A stretch of 64,000 bases of DNA, from contig OX597816.1 of the NCBI GenBank assembly GCA_951406725.2, forward strand, positions 154,690,001 through 154,754,000, written 5' to 3'. This DNA is from Octopus vulgaris. Lineage: Eukaryota. Numbering within the stretch: the stretch's first letter is position 1; each line of letters begins with the position of its first letter. The notes under the pieces were generated by a model. The model saw only the letters and a program-made list of their open reading frames with translations. It made no database searches and was not told the DNA's origin. Shown piece by piece: positions 1 to 12,678 of the stretch. The position numbers were made by a program, and so were the translations under genes.

Positions 1-929
1 TTTACCATAATGTGAAGAATCCCGAGTGTGTAGCACATCATAAATCAACAAGAATGTGTAAGCAAGCATCTAAACTTTTTAATTCTATTTTTGATAAGTT
101 GTGATCTGATTGGTTGCATTATATAATTTCATATAATTAATAACGAATGCCAAATTCATATAATTAACAACGAATGTCTGCTTATAGCTGCGATTTTTAA
201 TCTCTTAGACTTCATGGCACAGAAAAGGTTAAATGAAAAAGATTATAGGCTCCCTTAAATTAAATAAAGAAGCTAGAACCTGATTTTGCATGGTGAGTTA
301 AACAAATCTAAATTTTAGATTAAATTAAAATCATGAAAAATTATTACTTTGTTCTATTGATTACAATTGTAATAAAAAGTATGAATGACAGCTTTCAAAT
401 GGCTGAAGAATTCATATGGATTTTTTGCAGTTTTAGATTATATTTTATAAAAATTCACGGCACATGCAGACACCACTTATAGAGCATCAGTGCACTGCAA
501 AATTTCAGGAATGACGACACTTTGCTAAACCTGGCAATCTTCACATAGCGAATATCCTGCCTACTTTTTTTAATTGATAGCAAAATCAGTTGGATGTTAT
601 TGACTAGATATGGTATGTATGATTATGGTTTTTGTACGACGTACGAATTTAGCTTTTGGCTAATCTGAAAGTGAGTTGATAATGCAATCATACTCAGTCG
701 ACGACAGAAAGTTAGAGTTGATCTTTCCAACATTGTGATGCTGCGTTACTTGTTTCACGGGCTGACCCTTACTGTTAATGGACGATCTGTTCTAGAAACA
801 AAGTTTTGGCAGTGGCATACATACATACATACATACATACTTGCATACATACACGTACACACAAGCACACACACACATATATATGCATGTATGCATATGT
901 ACGTATATATATATATATATATATATGCA

Positions 930-1149
930 TACAAGGGGATGCTGAAAAGTTCCTGGCTTAGGGTAAAAGTAGATATAGAAAGATAAGTTAATTATAAATT
1001 TATTTAACATATTCCCCTCTTAGATTCACACACTTATTGCAGTGGTCCTTCAGGTTTTCTAAGCCCTATAAAAGAACTCGGAAGGTTGGACCACCAACCA
1101 CGCCTTTCTCAATACTCTTAAAGCCAGGAACTTTTCATAACTTCTCATA
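930..1149. mobile_element. Mariner-type MITE
   Basis: TIRs TACAAGGGGATGCTGAAAAGTTCCTGGCTT / AAGCCAGGAACTTTTCA; further copies at 2898, 31879, 42882. Confidence 0.7.
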
Positions 1150-1356
1150 TGTTTATATATATATATATTATTGTTTTACTTTTCAGAGCGCTCGGTCTTG
1201 TCTGCTATGGTTTATTCTGTGAGAGCGGACAGCAGGCTGTTGTTAGAGGTCTCACATTGTAAGCTTTGATAATTGGCTGTTAATTATCGTGGAAGACATT
1301 CAGAACCCAAGTACTAATCACAAGATCCTAGCTGTTCCTAATGACTATAAATATAC

Positions 1357-1404
<48 letters not shown>

Positions 1405-1406
<2 letters not shown>

Positions 1407-1606
1407 TCTTTTACTTGTTTCAGTCATTTGACTGCGGCCATGCTGGAGCACCGCCTTTAGTCGAGAAAATCGACTCCGGGACTTATTCTTTGTAAGCTCA
1501 GTACTTATTTTATCGGTCTCTTTTGCCGAACCGCTAAGTGACGGGGACGTAAACACACTAGCATCGGTTGTCAAGCAATGCTAGGGGGACAAACATGTAC
1601 ACACAT

Positions 1607-1679
<73 letters not shown>

Positions 1680-1831
1680 TACGACAGGCTTCTTTCAGTT
1701 TCCGTCTATCAAATCCACTCACAAGGCATTGGTCAGCCCGAGGCTATAGCAGAAGACACTTGCCCAAGATGCCACGCAGTGGGACTGAACCCAGAACCAT
1801 GTGGGTGGTTAGCAAGCTACTTACCACACAG

Positions 1832-1833
<2 letters not shown>
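1405..1833 (-). mobile_element. tRNA-derived SINE with internal (TA)n and LINE-derived 3' tail
   Basis: Minus strand A-box TGGCTGTGTGG, B-box-like GGTTCAGTCCC; tail GGCGGTGCTCCAGCATGGCC...GAAAC matches LINE end at 24252. Confidence 0.85.
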
Positions 1834-1880
<47 letters not shown>

Positions 1881-2072
1881 AAGATAAAAGAATGGAGAAT
1901 TATTCTTTATTTAAACAGCTTATGCAAGTTTCGTTTGGAGTGGCAAATCAAAAATTCTACGAAACAGTAATCAAGCACATTAATCGGTCCCATATTTGAT
2001 GGACTAAGAATCTACTGAGATAGATAGAAAAATGTGACACCACCCTATCCCTATCAAAGCCATACCATACCG

Positions 2073-2128
<56 letters not shown>

Positions 2129-2411
2129 GTGTGTGTGTGCACGCGTGTGTGTGTATTTATGTTTCTTATGTTTGTATGCATGCTGCTTCCAGCCTGATAA
2201 ACTTATAGCTAGCAAGATTTCCTTCTTATCCTTTTCTCTTATTCCACACTAGTACTAGTTGATCACTGGGGTTGATGTAATCGACTAGCCTCCACCTCGG
2301 AATTGCTAGCCTTGTGCTAAAATTTGAATCCAATATTTCATTACTCATAACAATTATTATTCTTGGTAGACTTATGTTTAATTGACTCCTTAGCCTAAGG
2401 AGTCAATTAAA

Positions 2412-3118
2412 CACCACTTATAGAGCATCAGTGCACTGCAAAATTTCAGGATGACGACACTTTGCAAAACCTGGCAATCTTCACATAGCGAATATCCTGC
2501 CTACTTTTTTTAATTGATAGCAAAATCAGTTGGATGTTATTGACTAGATATGGTATGTATGATTATGGTTTTTGTACGACGTACGAATTTAGCTTTTGGC
2601 TAATCTGAAAGTGAGTTGATAATGCAATCATACTCAGTCGACGACAGAAAGTTAGAGTTGATCTTTCCAACATTGTGATGCTGCGTTACTTGTTTCACGG
2701 GCTGACTCTTACTGTTAACGGACGATCTGTTCTAGAAACAAAGTTTTGGCAGTGACATACATACATACATACATACATACATACATACATACATACATAC
2801 ATACATACATACATACATACACGTACACACAAGCACACACACACACATATATATATGCATGTATGCATATGTACGTATATATATATCTATATATGCATAC
2901 GAGGGGATGCTGAAAAGTTCCTGGCTTAGGGTAAAAGTAGATACAGAAAGATAAGTTAATTATAAATTTATTTAACATATTCCCTTCTTAGATTCATACA
3001 CTTATTGCAGTGGTCCTTCAGGTTTTCTAAGCCCTATAAAAGAACTCGGAAGGTTGGACCACCAACCACGCCTTTCTCAATACTCTTAAAGCCAGGAACT
3101 TTTCATAACTTCTCATAT

Positions 3119-3173
<55 letters not shown>

Positions 3174-3340
3174 TTACTTTTCAGAGCGCTCGGTCTTGTC
3201 TGCTATGGTTTATTCTGTGAGAGCGGACAGCAGGCTGTTGTTAGAGGTCTCACATTGTAAGCTTTGATAATTGGCTGTTAATTATCGTGGAAGACATTCA
3301 GAACCCAAGTACAAATCACAAGATCCTAGCTGTTCCTAAT

Positions 3341-3409
<69 letters not shown>

Positions 3410-3606
3410 TAAATAAAGATAAAAGAATGGAGAATTATACTTTATTTAAACAGCTTATGCAAGTTTCGTTTGGAGTGGCAAATCAAAAATTCTACGAAAC
3501 AGTAATCAAGCACATTAATCGGTCCCATATTTGATGGACTAAGAATCTACTGAGATAGATAGAAAAATGTGACACCATTCTATCCTTATCAAAGCCATAC
3601 CATACC

Positions 3607-3699
<93 letters not shown>

Positions 3700-3955
3700 C
3701 ACGCGTGTGTGTGTATTTATGTTTCTTATGTATGCATCCTGTGCTTCCAGCCTGATAAACTTATAGCTAGCAAGATTTCCTTCTTATCCTTTTCTCTTAT
3801 TCCACACTAGTACTAGTTGATCACTGGGGTTGATGTAATCGACTAGCCTCCACCTCGGAATTGCTAGCCTTGTGCTAAAATTTGAATCCAATATTTCATT
3901 ACTCATAACAATTATTATTCTTGGTAGACTTATGTTTAATTGGCTTCTTAGCCTA
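2412..3955 (+). repeat. Tandem segmental duplication, copy 2
   Basis: Near-identical to 471-2397 apart from microsatellite lengths and absence of the SINE. Confidence 0.95.
2898..3117. mobile_element. Mariner-type MITE (duplicated copy)
   Basis: TACGAGGGG terminus; same TIRs as 930-1149. Confidence 0.7.
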
Positions 3956-4920
3956 CAACACACAGTCTCACATCCGTTATACGACCGCATTAGACGGTGG
4001 GAAATCTTTTAGTGCATTTAAAAATAAAGAAAAATGCATTTTATACACTGGAAATTATGGTAACTGTCATTTGCTTTCAATTTACCGGCGCTAAGTGCAG
4101 GAAACATTCAAGGGAATACAATATGTGAATTAATACGCGAACTTGTGCAAATGACAATAATGCATAAACACTCTCGGCACACTGCTCAGGACAAGTGAAC
4201 CAGAAATTCTCTTGGTTCTGTGGAAGATATTTGCTCTTATCTGTTTTTTTTTGTTGCTCCCGACTGTTGTCCTGTAATAATGTCAAGCTCAAGATCCTAA
4301 ACTAAGTAGATTAACTCAATGAAGTACTCCGAATTAGTAGATGTTGAAAGTTTAAGGATGTAATTATTGAAGTGATGAAGGAAGATATTAAATAATTTAT
4401 AACGGGAAGTTTTGGAAAGGACTGTTACTGTTCTTTGCTAGTAATAACTGTGTAAATCCCCAAACTGAGCATCATTACTTAGTGCCAAAAGTTCTATCCT
4501 CTCTACTTCAAGTGGCAAATAGTAAAAACAATAGATTACGTATGCACACCAGTATAAGAGTGCATGTGTGTGTGTGTGTATGTAATAAAATGATGGTGAA
4601 TCCTTTATAGAATTATGACATTTAGAGTTTATAGAGATGAAAGATAACTGGATATATAATAAATGAATTCATAAAGAAAGAAAATCATTCTCAAAGGTTA
4701 TCGTTAAACTTTAACATTGATCTAAACGACATTGTTCCAGAAGTTATGATATTTACAGTCCACACCACACTTACCATAATTTTTGCTGATTTTCTTTGAT
4801 ATTGCATTTCTCGCTAGCTTCTTTTTCTCTTTTCTTTTGTACAATTTTGTGTAGTCGCCATTGTGTCTGGATTTCTCATGACTATTTCGTTCAAAGCTAG
4901 ATGAGAAACTTAACGTTTTT

Positions 4921-5136
<216 letters not shown>

Positions 5137-5138
<2 letters not shown>

Positions 5139-5344
5139 TCTTTTACTCTTTTACTTGTTTCAGTCATTTGACTGCGGCCATGCTGGAGCACCGCCTTTAG
5201 TCGAGCAAATCGACCCCGGGACTAATTCTTTGTAAGCCCAGTACTTATTCTATCGGTCTCTTTTGCCGAACCGCTAAGTGACGGGGACGTAAACACACCA
5301 GCATCGGTTGTCAAGCAATGCGAGAGACAAACACAGACACACAA

Positions 5345-5379
<35 letters not shown>

Positions 5380-5421
5380 CATATATACGACAGGCTTCTT
5401 TCAGTTTCCGTCTACCAAATC
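5137..5421 (-). mobile_element. 5'-truncated copy of the 1405 SINE inside a (TAC)n array
   Basis: Highly similar to 1405-1715; flanked by (TAC)n on both sides. Confidence 0.85.
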
Positions 5422-5502
<81 letters not shown>

Positions 5503-5829
5503 AAAATACATTTATATTTCAAAAACGAAAAGAACGACTTTTTCAATGATCAAAAATTGAGAAAATAAAACAAAAAACTATGATGTGTGGGGGTCTCGGG
5601 TTTCTGCGTAAAGAATTCTTTAAACTAGTTTTATTTCATATCAGAATCCCTTTAGTATAGGTTCAGTACTTGACTGGTGGATGGAAAGGGTTACACAAAA
5701 GCAAGAGAGCTGGTACTAAAACGTGAGTTGAATAAACCAAATTGAAAATAAAAATGCAATTAAATTATAAAGCAAATATAACAAAACAACAAAGTTTCAA
5801 GAAGTCTAAAGGTGATTGAAACAGTGAGT

Positions 5830-7400
5830 GAATGGCACGGGGTCCAAGTCTTGGATGTACTTTGAAGGTGATGCTAACATCATTTGGACAGTGCTGATGG
5901 AATCTTTTCCACATCATACAAATAATGTAGCGTTCACGGCGTCGTTGGAGTGAATAGAGTTTCAGCTTTTCTTGTCGACCCCAGTAATCGAAGTCTGACA
6001 TGCTATCTATTTTTTTTTTCGTGATTGACCTTTGGGGAGCTTCAATTTTCATAATGTTTTGTTTCGTGTGGGGAGACTACAGTGGACAGCAGTATTCAAG
6101 GTGAGGTCGGGCAAAAGTGGAGAAGAGAAGGATAATGGTGTGTGAATATCTCGACTGGAAGGTTCTGAGAATCTTGGAACACATTCTGCGGGCCATGTCA
6201 ACTTTGCTGCTTATATGTGTAGCCCAGCTTGTGTTGTTGTCCACAGTTACTTCCAAGTCCCTGATGTTGTTAGATGCCATGCGAATTTCACCAGAAGGAA
6301 GTGGATATAGGAGTTTCAGAGCGTCCTCCCTTCCAAAGTGGATCAGTTCGAATTTGTCTTCGTTTAGTAACATGTTGTTCTTTCCCGCCCATTGGACAAC
6401 AGCCAGTAGGTCTGACTGAAGGCTTATCTGGTCATCCACGCCATTGATGACCTTCTGGAGCTTGGAATCATCAGCGAAGATTCTGATGTTACTGTGTTTG
6501 ATGATATCAGTAATGTCATTAATATAGATGAAGAGAAGTGGGCCCAACACAGTGCTTTGTGGGACACCACAACTGACTTTGGTTGGGCTGGATTCGACTC
6601 CTTCGACTACAACATGTTGGGTTCTGTTTGACAGGAAGCACTTGATCCACTGCAGCAGCTTTCCATTGACACCAATATTGGACAGCTTTCTCAGAAGGAT
6701 CTTATGATTAATCCTGTTAAAGGCCTTGCTGAAATCAATGTAGATAACATTAACCCTCTCCCAAGGCTCTCAAAATGTCATCAAAATGATGCAGTAGCTG
6801 CGTCAGGCAATCCCTTCCATTACGGAATCCATGCTGGTTGGAGTTCAGCATAAGATTACTCTCAAGGAAGTGAGTCATTCGCGATCTCACCACTCTCTCA
6901 AATACCTTAATGATATGAGAGGTGAGTGAGATTGGACGGTAATTCACGGCAAGGGGTTTGTTTCCTTTTTTGAAAACGGACAACAGACTGGGATAGAAGG
7001 TTTTCTGATATATATCCAGCATCCAGTGAGTTCTGCCACAGATTGGCTAGAGGGGGTGCAAGTTGGTGTTGACACACCTTCAAGACACAAGCAAGGAACG
7101 TATCGGGACCTACTGCTGAATTCAGCTTGATTTCCTTTATTGCTGCTAAGACATCAGGGGCGCCAAAGGTTATGTCCGATAAGGTGTATTGGGGAGTAAC
7201 ATCACTGACACACTTCAGATCAGCCATATCAGGATTGCTGAAAACAGAGCAGTATTTTTTCTGCAGCATTTCTCCCATGGTTTTGGCATTGTCTTGAAGA
7301 ATGCCATTTTCATCAGTCAGAGGGCCAACAGTAGAGCCAGTGACTTTGTGTTTTTTTTTGCAAATGAAAAGAACACTTTGGGATTAAGTTTGATCTTCGG
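5830..7400 (-). mobile_element. Degraded CR1/L2-group LINE, RT region
   Basis: Frameshifted ORFs with [38 protein letters not shown]; homologous to 9434-11560. Confidence 0.92.
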
Positions 7401-7477
7401 CTCTTCTCTGATTATTGATGATAGACATCATATTGTTTTGGAGGTTATGTTTCTTAATATCTAGTGATGTGATGGCA

Positions 7478-7544
<67 letters not shown>

Positions 7545-7550
7545 CACACA

Positions 7551-7790
7551 TTATTTAAAAGCCGCAGAAATATAACAAAAGCTGTTACTCAGTTTCACGT
7601 TCCCGTTCGTCGGACAGTTTTGTTAAAAAAAAAGATATTTTTTTAAACAAAACTGTCCGACGAACGGAAACGTGGAACTCTGAGTAACAGCTTTTTTTTA
7701 TATTTCTACTGCTTTTAAATAAAGCACATTACTCTACCTCTGGTATCTGAGTATTCTTTTTTCCGCCTTGTTTCACATTTATGTGCTTAC
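7551..7790 (+). mobile_element. Fold-back PLE-like terminus with hammerhead-like motifs
   Basis: Inverted repeat about 7551-7722; same family as 16337-16597. Confidence 0.65.
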
Positions 7791-8194
7791 TATCATGTTC
7801 TTAAGAATGAAATCAACCTCTCTGTCTATATATCTACCCTCTTTATAATGTTGGCAAATGAAATAGGGATAAGAATGTGCATTGTCCGTTTAATTGGAAA
7901 ATTCTATAAGTGGCTGAAGATTGCTCGACATTTTAAAACTGATGTAATACTTACAGTGTTTAATAAAATGAAGTAGCATGAAGCAATTGTACTACTCTAC
8001 CTTGGATATACTTGTTGCTTATTTTGATTATAATCACCCCATTTGATTTATATGGATAATACCATACAAAAGTCTGGTGCCTTTAACTTAAGTACCATAT
8101 TCATCTGAATCTAAATTTTGCTGAACTCATATATATAAATACATATATGCTTATATATATATTTATAAATATATACATATATATATGTATATAT

Positions 8195-8266
<72 letters not shown>

Positions 8267-8310
8267 GTATATACATATATATATATATGTATATATACAT
8301 ATATATATAT

Positions 8311-8347
<37 letters not shown>

Positions 8348-8607
8348 AGAACAAAATACAACCACGTTTCCCCTCCTACAATCAAACAACGTAGACAGAA
8401 CCACGAAAAAACACCAAATAACGCCAACTTGAAATATGTATCCTCTGACCAAGTGGCAAACCAAACAAGTAACTCTTTTTTACTGACATACCTTGAAAAT
8501 ATGAAGGCCGACCTAAGCCAGGAGATCCAGCGAGCCATCACCAACCATCTATACAAATCACAAGGACCACTCACCCATTACCAACTTCCCTTACCTCGAC
8601 ATTCCTG

Positions 8608-9447
8608 TTAAATGTACGTGGCATCAACCCATCAATTATTGCCCAAAAATGGAAGATCCCATATATAGAGAGTTGGCTTGCCGAAATGGCACATTGCTTC
8701 CCTTTCTTTATCCTTACCGAGACTCACCTGAACAACACCCATATGGACGCAGAGGTGAAAATAAAAGATTTCACCATTGTTCGTGCGGATCGCACAGACC
8801 GAAATAAGGGAGGGACAGCCATCTTTATCCATGACTCCTTTTCACTTGATGCCAAGGACACATTTTCCAATGGCTACTGTGAATCGGTATCACTATACAA
8901 CAAAGCCAAGGACATAACCATTGTTGGTCTTTACAGGCCTCCCCAGGCACCTCTAAAGTACTTTGAAGAGTGCCTTAGCAAAGTCAAGTCCTTCCTTCGG
9001 AAGTACCACTCCGGAAACATACTAGTGATGGGTGATTTTAACCTCCCTCATGTGAACTGGCCCACAAATACTCCGAAGTTAGGCAAGTGCTCTACATCAG
9101 ATAGGGCAGCAGCAGAACTGCTCTTTAATCTGATGGATGAGTATTTCCTGACTCAGCTAGTGCTTGAACCAACGAGACAGAATAAAACGATCTTGGATCT
9201 GGTATTGACCAATCACTCTAGCTACGTTCACAGCATTTCAGTCGAAAAAACTCTCCTCTCAGACCACGACATGGTACTCTGCAATCTTAATTCCCGACAT
9301 ATAAAAACCAAACCAGCCAATCCCACTCCATGGCACCCATTTGACAACATAAACTTCCACAAAGCGGACTGGGGAACAATCAGAAAGGATCTGTCTTCCA
9401 TCGACTGGTCTTTTACTCTCAATTCCCCTCATATTGAGACCACGTGA
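8608..9447 (+). pseudogene. LINE ORF2 apurinic-like endonuclease domain
   Basis: LNVRG, LTETHL, LYRPP, MGDFN, LDLVLT, SDH motifs; premature TGA at 9445-9447. Confidence 0.92.
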
Positions 9448-11560
9448 CAGCACTTTGAAACCATTGTCACCTATACATGCTCTAAACACGCTCCCAAGAA
9501 ATCTACTAACACAAACAGAAACCGGCTCCCTAAAAAGAAAAAAAACACTCATTAGGCGCATCAAAAGACTCAACAAAAAAATAAACCAATTAAAATATTC
9601 CCACACACAACATCCACATTCAACAACAATGAAAAGACTAGAGCTGGAAAAACTTCATCTGCAGACTAACATGAAAACCTCCATTGAAAATCAAAGAGCT
9701 GTGGAGGAACAATGGGTAATCAAAAACATCAAACAGAACCCAAAAGTGTTCTATTCTTATGCAAATAAGCATAGAACCACTGTCTCACCCATTGGGCCAT
9801 TGATTGATGATAACGGCATTCCCCAACACGATGCTAAAGAAATGGCAGAAATACTGCAGAAACAATACTGCTCTGTCTTCAGTGTTCCCACTGATATTGA
9901 TGTGAGGGAAACGAACGAAGTTGACTCCCAACACAAAATCGCAGACATAACCTTCACTGCCACCGACATCGTAGCAGCAATAAATGAGGTCAAACATTAC
10001 TCTGCTGTAGGCCCTGATAGATTTCCCGCTAGTCTCCTGAAGGAATGTAGATATCAACTTGCAGTCCCTCTGACCAACCTCTGGAGAAACTCGTTAGACG
10101 CAGGTTATATACCGAAACAGTTTCTATCCCAGTCGGTCATCCCGGTTTTCAAACAGGGAAACAGATCCCTCGCAGTCAACTATCGCCCAATCTCACTCAC
10201 CTCCCACATCATTAAAGTGTTTGAAAGAGTGTTAAGATCAAGGATAGCTGACTTCCTGGAGACCCACAAACTCCTAAATTCAAATCAGCATGGCTTTCGC
10301 TGTGGCAGGGACTGTCTAACACAGCTCTTACACCACATTGAAGATGTACTCCAAGCCTTGGGAACAGGTTCGAACTCTGACGTCATATATCTTGACTTCA
10401 GTAAAGCGTTCGACAGGGTAGACCATAACATCCTACTCTCAAAATTGGCAAATGTTGGAATCCGTGGAAAAGTTCTACGCTGGATTCAGTATTTCCTGGT
10501 GAATAGAACACAACATGTTGTAGTTGATGGAGTCCACTCAAACCCAGCAAAAGTCACCAGCGGTGTTCCCCAGGGAACTGTTTTGGGTCCGCTACTCTTC
10601 ATAATTTACGTAAACGACCTTTCCAGTGTCGTACATCACTGCAAAGTGAAAATATTCGCTGATGACACTAAGCTCCAGCAAATCGTCAATGAAGAAGCAG
10701 ACCGAACTCAACTCCAGTCTGATCTATATGCTGTGAGTCAATGGGCAGACAGAAACAAAATGCAACTGAATGAGGGAAAATTTGAGCTGATGCATTTTGG
10801 AAGAAATTCCTCACTAAAACAACCATACTCTCTTCCTTCAGGGGAAACGCTCACAGCCTCTAACAATATCAGAGACCTGGGTGTAATTGTTGATGACGAT
10901 CTCAGTTGGAGTGCACACATCAACAAGAAGGTCGATATAGCTCGTAGGATGAATTCCTGGATCTTAAGAACTTTCCGGTCCAGAGAACAAGGTATCATCA
11001 TACCACTTTTTTCCTCCTTTGTACGGCCACACCTTGAATACTGTTGCCCACTGTGGTCTCCTCACACAAGACAAAACATCTCCAGAATTGAGTCACCCCA
11101 GAGGGCTCTCACTAAACAAATTGAAGGCATGGCTGCTCTCGATTATTGGGATCGCCTTAAAGCCTTGAAACTTTACTCCCTCCAGCGTCGCCGTGAGCGG
11201 TACATCATTTGTACGATGTGGAAAATATACCGCCAACTTTGCCCAAACGACCTAAACATTAGCTTCAAGGGTCATCCAAGACTTGGACCACGGGCTATAC
11301 GTCCCCTGCCAAATTCAAGATCACAATATACACGTACACTGCAACATAATTTCTTTTCCTCAACAGGCCCTGCCCTATTTAACATTGTCCCGAGGGAGAT
11401 CAAAGAGGAAAAGGATCCCATCAACTTCAAACAGAGTCTGGATAGATTCCTTCAAAGAATACCAGATAAGCCACCCATAATTGGATACAACTCACCCAAC
11501 AAAAACTCACTACTTGAACAAAACTGGATACAACTCACCCAACAAGAACTCACTACTTGA
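9434..11560 (+). CDS. LINE ORF2 reverse transcriptase (708-aa open frame; separated from the EN by a stop and a frameshift near the A-run at ~9531-9545)
   Basis: [36 protein letters not shown] motifs. Confidence 0.93.
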   Translation: MRPRDSTLKPLSPIHALNTLPRNLLTQTETGSLKRKKTLIRRIKRLNKKINQLKYSHTQHPHSTTMKRLELEKLHLQTNMKTSIENQRAVEEQWVIKNIKQNPKVFYSYANKHRTTVSPIGPLIDDNGIPQHDAKEMAEILQKQYCSVFSVPTDIDVRETNEVDSQHKIADITFTATDIVAAINEVKHYSAVGPDRFPASLLKECRYQLAVPLTNLWRNSLDAGYIPKQFLSQSVIPVFKQGNRSLAVNYRPISLTSHIIKVFERVLRSRIADFLETHKLLNSNQHGFRCGRDCLTQLLHHIEDVLQALGTGSNSDVIYLDFSKAFDRVDHNILLSKLANVGIRGKVLRWIQYFLVNRTQHVVVDGVHSNPAKVTSGVPQGTVLGPLLFIIYVNDLSSVVHHCKVKIFADDTKLQQIVNEEADRTQLQSDLYAVSQWADRNKMQLNEGKFELMHFGRNSSLKQPYSLPSGETLTASNNIRDLGVIVDDDLSWSAHINKKVDIARRMNSWILRTFRSREQGIIIPLFSSFVRPHLEYCCPLWSPHTRQNISRIESPQRALTKQIEGMAALDYWDRLKALKLYSLQRRRERYIICTMWKIYRQLCPNDLNISFKGHPRLGPRAIRPLPNSRSQYTRTLQHNFFSSTGPALFNIVPREIKEEKDPINFKQSLDRFLQRIPDKPPIIGYNSPNKNSLLEQNWIQLTQQELTT

Positions 11561-11737
11561 ACAAAACTGGATACAACTCACCCAACAAGAACTCACTACT
11601 TGAACAAAACTTGACTTAAACAGGATTCGAATAATCCTATCAGGTGGTGCTATTAAGTTAGACATGGCCTGGACCAATCTCTGGTCGAAACATATCTAAG
11701 TTTTATCTAAGTTTTATATATGTATATATATATATAT

Positions 11738-11958
11738 ATAAACAACTTATAAACACGGGCAAAAGGAAATTATTTCTATGCCAATATGCTGATAACAGAC
11801 TTCTAAATCGTCAATATCCACATAGCTTTCCTCAATTTCAGCACAACGTATTTCTGTAGTGGGTATAATAATATGTGGAAAATGACGATTTAAAAGTCTG
11901 TTATCAGCATATTGGCATAGAAATTATTTTCTTTTGCCCTTGTTTATAAGTTGTTTAT
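11738..11958. repeat. Inverted repeat, ~85-bp arms
   Basis: ataaacaacttataaaca...ctatgccaatatgctgataacagact versus its reverse complement downstream. Confidence 0.85.
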
Positions 11959-12046
11959 AATTTTAACCTTTAAAGGTATTTTAATATGCTGCCACTTTTT
12001 CTGATGAAATTTTTTCCTGTAAAAAAACTTCATCCTATATTAGTAG

Positions 12047-12082
<36 letters not shown>

Positions 12083-12215
12083 TGTATGTATGTATGTATG
12101 TATGTATGTATGTATGTATGTATGTATGTATTTATGTATGTATGTATGTATGTATGTATGTATGTATGTGTGTGTGTGTGTATGTATGTATATATACATA
12201 CATATATATATATAT

Positions 12216-12441
12216 AATTTCAATAAAGGATTTATAAAAATATAAAATGGAAAATAGAAATGATGACAAAAATTTTACATCTCGAATACCTTTATATATA
12301 TACCGGATATAAAAAGAGATGACTTATCCTTATTTTTAAAATCTTTTATCTCTTTTTATATCCGGTATATATTTTATGGCATATGTAAAATTTTAATCTT
12401 TATTTCTATTTTTACATTTTATAAATCCTTTATTGAAATTT
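12216..12441. repeat. Degenerate inverted repeat
   Basis: aatttcaataaaggatttataaaa / ttttataaatcctttattgaaatt and ataccggatataaaaagagat / atctctttttatatccggtat. Confidence 0.75.
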
Positions 12442-12634
12442 TATACAAATATTTTATTTATTCTTGTATCTTATATTTATTATTGTATTTTGTATATCAA
12501 TATACCCTCATATATACTGGTGCAATTTCTATAGACTGTGAAGGAGTTTGTAACTTCTCTCTATAGTAATCAATGTATGATATAATACAATATGATATTC
12601 ATATTCTTTATTTATATCTATATTTTAGAACTGC

Positions 12635-12678
<44 letters not shown>

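Larger units (their letters stand above)
471..2397 (+). repeat. Tandem segmental duplication, copy 1 (carries an extra SINE)
   Basis: caccacttatagagcatcagtgcactgc... at 471 recurs at 2412; colinear to ...ttagccta. Confidence 0.95.
8347..11715 (+). mobile_element. Near-full-length CR1/L2-group LINE (ORF1 C-terminus, ORF2, 3'UTR) inserted in (TA)n
   Basis: APE and RT motifs; 3' tail (TATCTAAGTTT)2; TA arrays on both flanks. Confidence 0.95.

Noticed and set aside
5590-5650. CUGAUAUGA...GAAACCCGAGAC on the minus strand
   Set aside because: Core spacing is wrong and the helices are unconvincing
12001-12035. CTGATGA followed by a hairpin
   Set aside because: No GAAA, stem III or cleavage triplet in register
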